A DNA stretch of 37,250 nucleotides, from NCBI GenBank assembly GCA_044343885.1, contig JBIJDW010000002.1, positions 1 to 37,250 of the forward strand, read 5' to 3'. Shown here one piece after another: positions 8,407 to 15,640 of the stretch. The translations under genes and the position numbers were made by a program. Position 1 is the stretch's first letter. Each line of letters starts with the position of its first letter. Source of the DNA: Kiritimatiellia bacterium. GTDB lineage: Bacteria; Verrucomicrobiota; Kiritimatiellia; RFP12; JAAYNR01. Under the pieces are notes generated by a model. It was given only the letters and a program-made list of their open reading frames with translations. It was not told the DNA's origin and made no database searches.

Positions 8407-10272
8407 TCAGAGTAGGTGGTTATTTTGGAAGTTTTCGTTCAAAACGTAACCTCTGGCATCGGCACTTGGTCTCATTATCAACTCGCCCTTCTCCAGTTTG
8501 TTAAAGGCATATCGCACCTTACGGTAAAAGGCGTCAAATTCTTTGATGTCCTGTAAAGCACCCTTTTCCTCGAACCATAGAGAGAAAGCCGCTGTTTTTG
8601 CCGTGACCGCCTTGTTCTTAGAGTAATGCCCATGGCGGTAGAGAACGTTCAGGCATCTACGTGATAGAAGTTCGAGTGTGGTTAGCAGCGTATCTCCATA
8701 AAGCGCTTGAAGTTCTTCCCGATAACCGTCCTGCATGAGAATTCGGTCCGCCAAAAAGACAGAATGGACACTCGTGCTTCGGTTGTGTTTGAAGATCAGA
8801 CCTGCCCGCTCAAGCGACAACAGTTGCTCGAAATGATTGTTGTCTGGCGTGAGCATGATGGTGTAGAGGTGCGAACGATTAGCCCGTTCCGATTTGATCA
8901 AATAACTCAGAACGAATCGTTGTTCATCAGTAAGGGCTCCGCCCAACTTCTCCTCAATGTGCGCATCAAAACTTGCCAAATGATGTTTCATGCTGTCGCC
9001 GTAGAGAGGCCCCGCATTCACGAAGAGACAGACTTCGTCTGAGTAGAAGCGATAAGTCGGCAAATCGATCTTGTTTTCTAGGCAAAGATTGACCAGTGTG
9101 GCCATGCCGATGCCCTTGCCTTCCCACTTACGATACACGCGAAGCACATCGGCCAGTTTGGGATTGCGAGCTTTTGCCTCCGGTATGATTCGGCGCAGAG
9201 GAGCCGGATCGTCTGGAAAATCGATAAGCAGGTTCTTGCGGAAACAGCCGGGGTTCCGAATGGAGATATATCGGCCGGGCTTAATGGAAATAATCGCTTG
9301 TTTGTTAATCGAATAGTCGCGGTGAGCGAGCGCATTGTTGACGGTTTCCCGAAGCACTTCTTCAGGATATTGGGGTGTTTCAATACCCCCATCTTTCGCC
9401 GAAACGCCCACTTGGATGTTTCGCAGTATGTAGGTGAGACTGCTCTGCATGAGCGGCAGAATGTTGCCAATGTAGTCCTGCTTGTCCTGCGCAACAACCT
9501 GAGGGATATCTACGTACCCGTGGACATGGCACCGGAACCCCAGACGGTCTTCAGGATGACGTCCGCACACCAACAGGCCGAGCGTGGTCGCCTTTCCGTC
9601 CCTTACAAAGCACTTGCGCTCAAGAAAACTTCGGGCGGCTGGCAGATCGGCTTTTATGGTCTCAACTTTGGTCGGGCGGTTCAGTTGCTGGATGTAATCA
9701 TTGAGAGGATCGAGATCGAGATCATCCATCGTCGTATCATCGATCGTCTGGGTCTCGCGTGCATGAGACATCTCTTCGCGATATTCTTCCTGGCTTTCGA
9801 TTTCGGTGTCGCTTAGCTTGTGGTCGCCGGTCAATTGACGTTTCCACGCCTTACCCTCGTAAAAAACATACTTCTGGTCTGCGGGGAGTTCATCGACATA
9901 AATAACGGCTACCTGCCCTTGCTTGAAGGGGAGTATCTTCATTTGAGGAAATGACTCGCGGAGGTCGAGCGGATTGCCGACACGGTCCGTGAAGATGCGG
10001 GCAAACTCTTTCAGCTTCGCTTCGGCATCCTCACGCCAACCGCTGAAAATCCAACGCCGGTCAGGCCCCTGCCCCTCCTCTTTGAAACCGAGCAAAAGGA
10101 TGCCGCCACGCGTGTTTAAGAACGCATTCACGCTCTTGTACCGTTCTCGCCAAGACGCGCCGTCTCCTGGAACGGGCTTGATTTCAAGCGCGTCCGTTTC
10201 CAAAGGCTCGTATCGGGTCTCGGCTATCAGAACAGTCAAACGCGCCAGAATGTTGTCAACTGGGTCAGGCAT
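8407..10272 (-). CDS. AlbA_2/Schlafen-like plus HATPase_c_4 (RecG-like C-terminal) putative DNA-binding/ATP-binding protein
   Basis: 621-aa ORF. The N-terminal segment is typical of AlbA_2 (ETDALEIKPVP, NAFLNTRGGILLLGFKEEG, YEGKAWKRQ). The central motif VNNALAHRDYS is typical of HATPase_c_4. The C-terminus looks wHTH-like. The gene is visibly AT-richer than hsdR and ends 3 nt before the hsdR ATG. Confidence 0.65.
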   Translation of the reverse strand: MPDPVDNILARLTVLIAETRYEPLETDALEIKPVPGDGASWRERYKSVNAFLNTRGGILLLGFKEEGQGPDRRWIFSGWREDAEAKLKEFARIFTDRVGNPLDLRESFPQMKILPFKQGQVAVIYVDELPADQKYVFYEGKAWKRQLTGDHKLSDTEIESQEEYREEMSHARETQTIDDTTMDDLDLDPLNDYIQQLNRPTKVETIKADLPAARSFLERKCFVRDGKATTLGLLVCGRHPEDRLGFRCHVHGYVDIPQVVAQDKQDYIGNILPLMQSSLTYILRNIQVGVSAKDGGIETPQYPEEVLRETVNNALAHRDYSINKQAIISIKPGRYISIRNPGCFRKNLLIDFPDDPAPLRRIIPEAKARNPKLADVLRVYRKWEGKGIGMATLVNLCLENKIDLPTYRFYSDEVCLFVNAGPLYGDSMKHHLASFDAHIEEKLGGALTDEQRFVLSYLIKSERANRSHLYTIMLTPDNNHFEQLLSLERAGLIFKHNRSTSVHSVFLADRILMQDGYREELQALYGDTLLTTLELLSRRCLNVLYRHGHYSKNKAVTAKTAAFSLWFEEKGALQDIKEFDAFYRKVRYAFNKLEKGELIMRPSADARGYVLNENFQNNHLL

Positions 10273-10285
10273 TGGCCTATTGCTC

Positions 10286-10591
10286 CTACAGTGCTGCAGT
10301 GACGTTAATCTTGCCCGTAACGGCTGCGGTAATCAAGGCTATTCGGTCTTCCTGCAACCGCTCCACCGCCTCCTTCCCCACCAGCGCGGCCAGCTTGTGG
10401 CCATGCTGGCCCCGCATTTCGGTCCAGATCTTCGGCTGGGTGTCAGCAATAAACGCGAACACCTGCGCCGGGAAGAGCGCCCGTTCCTTGTCCCAATCCG
10501 CGTTGCTGCCTGACTTCCAGCCGCCGCGCGTCAGCAGGATTTCCTCAACGTAGGTTTCGAAGTCGTCTTCGGTGGTTTGGCTGTAACTCAT
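10286..10591 (-). pseudogene. Chimeric remnant: hsdR 5' fragment fused in frame to an hsdS 3' fragment
   Basis: The first ~58 aa (MSYSQTTEDDFETYVEEILLTRGGWKSGSNADWDKERALFPAQVFAFIADTQPKIWTEMR) parallel the hsdR N-terminus (MSSQTTEHAFETYVEEILLTHGGWKSGSNAEWDKERALFPAQVFAFIADTQPKLWAEMR). The last ~35 aa (LAALVGKEAVERLQEDRIALITAAVTGKINV) parallel the hsdS C-terminus (LDALVGKVEEAVERLQEYRTALITAAVTGKIDV). At 101 aa it cannot function as either subunit. Confidence 0.8.
10412..10591. repeat. Direct repeat copy B (hsdR-5'-like), paired with 8227-8403
   Basis: See copy A. Together the two copies bracket the AlbA_2-like gene and the hsdS-like fragment. Confidence 0.85.
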
Positions 10592-11334
10592 GGCACGGTA
10601 CCTAACAATTGCTGGACAACCTGCCGAATCGCGAAGCAGTATTCAGGAAGCCAGCCGTTCTCGGCCGTCGATGTCCTTGCCACGATCCGCTCGGCGTCGG
10701 CCCGGTTCTCAATACCTTCTATGAACGCGGTGATGGCCTGTGCCCGCCACCCTGTCAAGACCTCATGTCCGAGGTTTAGAACGGCGACTGTATCAACAGC
10801 GGCTTGATCGCTAGCAGTGGCAGGACTGATGCCCCCGCTGAGATCAAAAGCGAAGCGATTCTCGCAATTCTTGTCCGTGGGGAGGATTGGCACAGCGTCA
10901 TTTCCACGGTACGCCGCGCCAAACAGGGAGTTTTTCGTGACCCTTTTCCCGGCCCCGCTGACGAGCAAAGCCGCCACGATGTTCCGGTGATCCAAGTCTT
11001 CGCCCACATCCACACTGTATATCTTCCCTGCCGCTTCCATCTCTTGTCTGCACACAGACTGCGGTTTCAAGTGCTCATTGTGGGCGGAGAACTTCAGCTT
11101 GGCCTGCGGGTCACTCAGCGTGCCAAGACGTGAATCAATACCAGCCCCCGTGTAGGCACAAAGACCGCATTGTTCCGCTGTCAGTTCATTGCAGAGTTGC
11201 CTCCCACGGCTGCCGCCATGCGGACTGGCTGTGGAGGCGAAGGTCTTGTAGTCGAAACCATGGCCAACGTCTGCCTGTGCCGCCATGTAATCGCGTATGG
11301 AAGGCGGCGGCTCTGATTTTGCAGTCCATCTCAT
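10588..11334 (-). CDS. PtuB-like HNH-family protein (TIGR02646-like), partner of the upstream ATPase
   Basis: 248-aa ORF. It has a CxxC knuckle (QCGLCAYTG) followed by HNEHLKPQS, an (D/E)H-x-x-P HNH core. A downstream Asn lies in HRNIVAAL. I could not find the second Cys pair usual in HNH zinc fingers. ATGA overlaps occur with the ATPase stop (11331-11334) and with the remnant start (10588-10591). Confidence 0.4.
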   Translation of the reverse strand: MRWTAKSEPPPSIRDYMAAQADVGHGFDYKTFASTASPHGGSRGRQLCNELTAEQCGLCAYTGAGIDSRLGTLSDPQAKLKFSAHNEHLKPQSVCRQEMEAAGKIYSVDVGEDLDHRNIVAALLVSGAGKRVTKNSLFGAAYRGNDAVPILPTDKNCENRFAFDLSGGISPATASDQAAVDTVAVLNLGHEVLTGWRAQAITAFIEGIENRADAERIVARTSTAENGWLPEYCFAIRQVVQQLLGTVP

Positions 11335-12644
11335 TTGCCGAGCACCTTGATTCGTTCAACCATGGACACCGCCCGCTGAAGTTCATCGCTATTCCCGATT
11401 TCTCCGCGCAACAGGTGTGTCTCACATTCGGCCTCCGCAAGGTTGCGATCGTTAATCAGTTGAAATATTTTAGCCAACCGAGCCTTAACCTGCGCATTGC
11501 ACTTACTTCCACCCATCAGCACTTCCACCACCCAGTTAGAGTCCATGCCGAACGACAACGCGGGTTGAGAGAACACATTGTTGTGCATCATACGGATTTC
11601 ATCCGGCTGGAGTTCGCCGATCAACTGAGGCGAGTGCGAGGTGCAAACAAACTGAATGGCTGGGAATGTGCCCTTCAAATCCGTTGCGATCCGGCGTTGC
11701 CAGATCGGATGGAGATGCACATCCACCTCATCGATCAGCACCAAGCCCGGCGTCAGTTTCAGCACTCGCGGCACTGGATCATCCTCCGCGCCCAACTCAT
11801 CCGGCGGCAGCAGATAGGCATTCTGTGTCACTGCCTTGATGGCCAGGTCCGCGATCAGTGCCAGCATCATCCTCTGCCCGGCGCTCAGATTGTCAAACGG
11901 CTGTGCGTTGCCGCAGATTGACAGGACAATTTGGTCACGGTCTGTGTCGAACCACACGTCATCCGCATCCGGCACGCAGCGGAGCACGGCCCGCCGCACG
12001 ACCTCGAATCCCGGACGCCACTTTCCGCCCCGGTTCCCGCGCTCGGTCGTTTCACGGCTGAACCATTTGTGCAGCTCGGTAAAACGAATGCGTTCGTTGA
12101 AGCAATCGTAGAATGCCGCCCAGCGCATGGCTGGACTATTAGCCTTTGACTTGGGCACCCGCTCGTTGGAGGGCAGCCATGCCCGCCCGGCTCCGTAATA
12201 GGCTAGCACGGGGCAGAGCACATTTTCACCGGCACTGTCCTTTGCATATACCCCTTTGATGATCTGCCGAGCATCCTCGGCATCAGCGTTGGTCGTGTTT
12301 CTCTGATCCGCGCGAATCTGTCGCGTCCAGACAACCTGATCCCTCTCGGCAATGCGCCCGGTCGCCTGGACGATCACGGGACGCCGTTCCTGAAACTGGA
12401 TCCGGTCGCCCTTGGTTAGCGGCTCAAGCCGAATATCGGCAGGGAAAATTTTGCGTCCGCTATTAATCAGGATCGAGTCGGGCGGATCCAATAGCCAGAC
12501 ACCCGCGGCCACCGCCAGCGCATCGAGCACCGTCGTTTTGCCCGCGCCATTCTCGCCGACCAACAAAGTGAATTGCGGGTGCAGGTCAATATCCTGAGCC
12601 GCGAACTTCTTGAAGTTCGCAATGTGTAGGTTATCAAGTCTCAT
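11331..12644 (-). CDS. PtuA-like ABC/SMC-type ATPase (AAA_15/AAA_21 class)
   Basis: The N-terminus is MRLDNLHIANFKKF. It carries Walker A LLVGENGAGKTT, the ABC signature LSAGQRMMLAL, Walker B LVLIDEVDVHLHP and H-loop TSHSP. I prefer the ATG at 12644, which has AAGGAG at 12651-12656, over the TTG at 12683 used by the ORF track. Confidence 0.6.
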   Translation of the reverse strand: MRLDNLHIANFKKFAAQDIDLHPQFTLLVGENGAGKTTVLDALAVAAGVWLLDPPDSILINSGRKIFPADIRLEPLTKGDRIQFQERRPVIVQATGRIAERDQVVWTRQIRADQRNTTNADAEDARQIIKGVYAKDSAGENVLCPVLAYYGAGRAWLPSNERVPKSKANSPAMRWAAFYDCFNERIRFTELHKWFSRETTERGNRGGKWRPGFEVVRRAVLRCVPDADDVWFDTDRDQIVLSICGNAQPFDNLSAGQRMMLALIADLAIKAVTQNAYLLPPDELGAEDDPVPRVLKLTPGLVLIDEVDVHLHPIWQRRIATDLKGTFPAIQFVCTSHSPQLIGELQPDEIRMMHNNVFSQPALSFGMDSNWVVEVLMGGSKCNAQVKARLAKIFQLINDRNLAEAECETHLLRGEIGNSDELQRAVSMVERIKVLGK

Positions 12645-12655
12645 TAAAGGCTCCT

Positions 12656-14071
12656 TTACATCAAGTGTGCCAGTGTATCGCAAGACGATCCACCGTACAC
12701 GTCAATTTTGCCGGTGACGGCGGCGGTGATGAGGGCGGTGCGGTATTCCTGCAACCGCTCCACCGCCTCCTCTACCTTTCCCACCAGCGCGTCCAGCTTC
12801 GCCGTCTCCTTGTCCAGATACGCGGCGATAGCGGCTTGTTCGGGGAGGGGTGGAAGACCGATTTTGATCGAGCCGACGGTATCGGTGTTCAGGTTTAGTT
12901 GAGTTCCCATCTTGCCAAGCCCCTTGTAGGGTTCGCCGCTGGCGAAGATGTAAAACAAAAACTTCGTGTCTTCCTTCCAGCTTGGAAAATAGACGAACCC
13001 GTCGTGGATGCAGCACTTGATTGTAGTGATGCATGGTTTGCCGACGGTGCCTGCGATGCTTAGAAAAAGCGCACCGGGCTTGAGTTTCACGCTCAAGGAG
13101 CTTCCGAGAGGCGACATTCGCTGTTCCGTTTTCTCCAAGAACGGCCCCGCAGCCGTCACATCTGCGATTCTGACCCAAGCATACTTGCCTTCGTCATCGA
13201 AGAACTTCTCATCGTCGATTGGCCGAGGAGATGCACCACGCTTCACGGGTGACTCCCACTTGATGGCTTTAACCTCCCAATGCTTCGGGATGTCGCCGAG
13301 CCAGTCGATGCCGGAGGGTTTGAGGGGTGGGTTGGCGGGGAGCCCCGCCTTCGCGGCAGCTTCGGCGGGCAGGCCCCGAGTCACGGTTCGCGAAATCAGC
13401 GCGGTGCGCTTCTCCTTCAACCGCTCGATCAACTCGCGCTTCTTCGCCACCAACCGATCCACCCGCCCCGTCTCCCGGTCCAGAAACGCCGCGATGGCGC
13501 GTTGCTCGGCTGGGTCTGGTAGTGGAATCCACGCATCACCGATGGAGGCTTTTGGCAGGCCGTAGCGCGTGACGCCACTGGCAGCGACTTGGAACTGCTG
13601 ATTGACGGCGCATGACTGAAACGCCCGGAGCAAGTAATCGCCGATGAGCGCTTTCGGTCGGGAGCGAATGATGGCGAGATGGTAACCACACACCAAGTCG
13701 GGCGCGGTCTTTTTCACCATCGAGGGAACGGCAATGTCGCTCCATTCTTCGGAGTCTTTGGTTATGACGACATCGCCTACTCGCAGGCCGAATCGTCGGA
13801 TTTCATCCGCAGTGGCAGTCGTTTCCATCAACCCCATGTCAGGCGTGATGTGGTCGTGGTAGTAAACGTCGGTGTAGTTGCAGAGCCGCACCGGCAGTTC
13901 ATCCTCGGCAGGAACTTTGTCCACGTTGCTCACCCAACAGGTCGCAGACGTTTTCAGCCGTTTTACCTCCCAATGCTCCGGCACGTCGCCGAGCCATTCG
14001 ACGCCGCTGGGTTTGGTGCGCGGGTAGGCCGGGATTTTCATGGCTGCATGGTTCCTTGCGTCGGGCGGCAT
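12656..14071 (-). CDS. hsdS: Type I restriction-modification specificity subunit
   Basis: 471-aa ORF with two target-recognition halves. Each half is followed by the conserved HsdS helical repeat: EQRAIAAFLDRETGRVDRLVAKKRELIERLKEKRTALISRTVTRGL and EQAAIAAYLDKETAKLDALVGKVEEAVERLQEYRTALITAAVTGKIDV. An alternative ATG start at 14041 has AAGGAA upstream. Confidence 0.9.
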   Translation of the reverse strand: MPPDARNHAAMKIPAYPRTKPSGVEWLGDVPEHWEVKRLKTSATCWVSNVDKVPAEDELPVRLCNYTDVYYHDHITPDMGLMETTATADEIRRFGLRVGDVVITKDSEEWSDIAVPSMVKKTAPDLVCGYHLAIIRSRPKALIGDYLLRAFQSCAVNQQFQVAASGVTRYGLPKASIGDAWIPLPDPAEQRAIAAFLDRETGRVDRLVAKKRELIERLKEKRTALISRTVTRGLPAEAAAKAGLPANPPLKPSGIDWLGDIPKHWEVKAIKWESPVKRGASPRPIDDEKFFDDEGKYAWVRIADVTAAGPFLEKTEQRMSPLGSSLSVKLKPGALFLSIAGTVGKPCITTIKCCIHDGFVYFPSWKEDTKFLFYIFASGEPYKGLGKMGTQLNLNTDTVGSIKIGLPPLPEQAAIAAYLDKETAKLDALVGKVEEAVERLQEYRTALITAAVTGKIDVYGGSSCDTLAHLM

Positions 14072-14137
14072 GTGGAATGCCGGAAGCGTTTAAGACAGTC
14101 ACGGAACCGTTGAAGTTCGCTTGGCGCGTGGGCGGGT

Positions 14138-14416
14138 TCAGAGGCCGCCGTTCTGACGCAATAGTGTTTCATACTCCGCTCGTGACAGTGGACAGTCCAC
14201 CAAATCCAAGAATTGCTTTTTGGTCAGCTTCGCTTGCTTAGACATCAGGGCCAGCAGGCTGTCATCCAAATCCTTGCCGGAGTGGCTGGTTTTTGTCTTG
14301 GCGGTCGATTTCTTTCCATCGGTGTCGTGATAAATGAAATAGGTGTGGTCGCCATCGCGTTTTTGAAACCCCTTGGCCAACAATCCGGATTCGACGTCTT
14401 TACGGGCACGCGACAT
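14138..14416 (-). CDS. Small protein (~92 aa), weakly HicA-like, with a C-terminal extension
   Basis: The ATG at 14416 lies 1 nt after the stop of the 356-aa ORF (TGAtATG). The ORF track's longer form starts at a TTG. GLLAKGFQKRDGDHTYFIY ... TSHSGKDLDDSLLALMSKQAKL is reminiscent of the HicA/YcfA pattern (GF..v...GSHh ... h..kdl..gtl..ilkqagl). The family assignment is tentative. Confidence 0.35.
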   Translation of the reverse strand: MSRARKDVESGLLAKGFQKRDGDHTYFIYHDTDGKKSTAKTKTSHSGKDLDDSLLALMSKQAKLTKKQFLDLVDCPLSRAEYETLLRQNGGL

Positions 14417-14417
14417 A

Positions 14418-15488
14418 TCAACACCCTTCCTGTATGGCCGCACGAAGGTTTTGTTTGATGTCGAGAGCGGCAGGTGACAACGTCTCATCTGCGGCCATTG
14501 CAAATTCTTCCCAAAGAACGGCGATTTGCTCCTGCAGTTCCATTAGGAGGCGTTCCCGCGTGGCTGCAAACACATCGATGCCAAGCCGGTCATTCTGAAG
14601 GCAAAGATATTGGTTGGTTTCGTCTAGGACGGGGGCAAGGGACAACGGAGATACGAACTTCAATATCCGCCCAGCGGATGAAAACTCATGCGTGACAAAT
14701 GGAGAGAGATCCACATCCCTGATTTCCTGAACGTCTGCGATTTCCTTGGGAAGGCCGTTATCGTCTAAAATGACCGACCCTGTGACTTGGATCATATCGC
14801 GTCGGTTCTCGTAAAGCATTTGCTCTATGCACTCATCCGCATACGAGCATTCGAGAATCTTGTTCGTGACGGGGTGAATAATACTGAGTTGGTGTCGGAC
14901 AAAATTGATCTCGTTTAACCGTCCCGTTACCGTCATGGTCAAGGCTGTCGGCTCAGGTGAACAATGCTGACGGATTTCGCTTAGAAAAGGTGAAGTGGTC
15001 TGGTCAAACTCGCCGACCACATCCGATTGGTGACGGGTTTGCAGTTTCCAGTCATCGCCGGGCTTGGGAACCATGCCCCGAAACGCCTCCGCCACGCGGC
15101 TGCGCAGTTGCCGGTCAGGTAGCAATTGACGGAACGTGTCACGGTCTCGTCGGGCCAGCATGCCACTGCATCTTCGAAATAATGACGCGGTCTCGACGAT
15201 CCGTTCGTCCATCATCAACTGTCCGTTTTCTAGCTCACCAAGCGTAGCGGGCAAAGAGTAACTTCCAGATTTAGGCAACTGACAATGAAGCGCGTATTTC
15301 TGCTCGATATCGGAGGGGATTCGCGCCCGTTCACGAACTTCATGCCCTTCAACCTTCAATGCCAGTAGATGGATAACGTTCTGGGCGCTCGCAAGTATGC
15401 CCGCTAGAACAGAGGCTGGCACGGAATGAACTTCCGGTTCAGGCCACACGATGCGAAATTCGAACTCTTCTGTTTGAGTAGGGCTCAT
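14418..15488 (-). CDS. Hypothetical protein, 356 aa, no recognisable catalytic motif
   Basis: Long ATG-initiated ORF, co-oriented and wedged between hsdM and hsdS. The region is AT-richer than its flanks. I found no Walker A, HNH, PD-ExK or TM segment. Only the C-terminal ~60 aa (LGIDVFAATRERLLMELQEQIAVLWEEFA) loosely recall a HicB/UPF0150-type fold. Confidence 0.55.
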   Translation of the reverse strand: MSPTQTEEFEFRIVWPEPEVHSVPASVLAGILASAQNVIHLLALKVEGHEVRERARIPSDIEQKYALHCQLPKSGSYSLPATLGELENGQLMMDERIVETASLFRRCSGMLARRDRDTFRQLLPDRQLRSRVAEAFRGMVPKPGDDWKLQTRHQSDVVGEFDQTTSPFLSEIRQHCSPEPTALTMTVTGRLNEINFVRHQLSIIHPVTNKILECSYADECIEQMLYENRRDMIQVTGSVILDDNGLPKEIADVQEIRDVDLSPFVTHEFSSAGRILKFVSPLSLAPVLDETNQYLCLQNDRLGIDVFAATRERLLMELQEQIAVLWEEFAMAADETLSPAALDIKQNLRAAIQEGC

Positions 15489-15581
15489 GCTGCACGCTCA
15501 TTAAAAAAAGTAACCCGCCGATTTGAGCAGTGCCGGGATTTTGTCACCCCAACCTGATGCTTGGCGGGTATTGTTAAAACC

Positions 15582-15610
15582 AGTATGCTCGATTGAGGCT
15601 GAGCCGTCAA
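15582..15610 (-). promoter_or_regulatory. Candidate internal sigma-70-type promoter (TTGACG-N17-CATACT) for the 356-aa cassette
   Basis: On the reverse strand, TTGACG (15610-15605) is followed by a 17-nt spacer and CATACT (15587-15582). It sits in the 152-nt gap after the hsdM stop, about 94 nt upstream of the ATG at 15488. Confidence 0.25.
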
Positions 15611-15640
15611 CCGGAAAAAAAAGATAACTGGGCGGTGGAA

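Noticed and set aside
12645-12683. N-terminal extension of the ATPase ORF (TTG start at 12683)
   Set aside because: It would overlap the hsdS stop. The ATG at 12644 has a perfect AAGGAG SD and yields the canonical MRLxxLxIxNF ATPase N-terminus.
15505-15545. Possible intrinsic terminator between hsdM and the 356-aa gene (cccggcactgctcaaatcggcggg followed by a T-run on the minus strand)
   Set aside because: The stem is only 4 bp plus a mismatch and the loop is long, so it is too weak to call. The T8 run at 15612-15619 has no convincing upstream hairpin.
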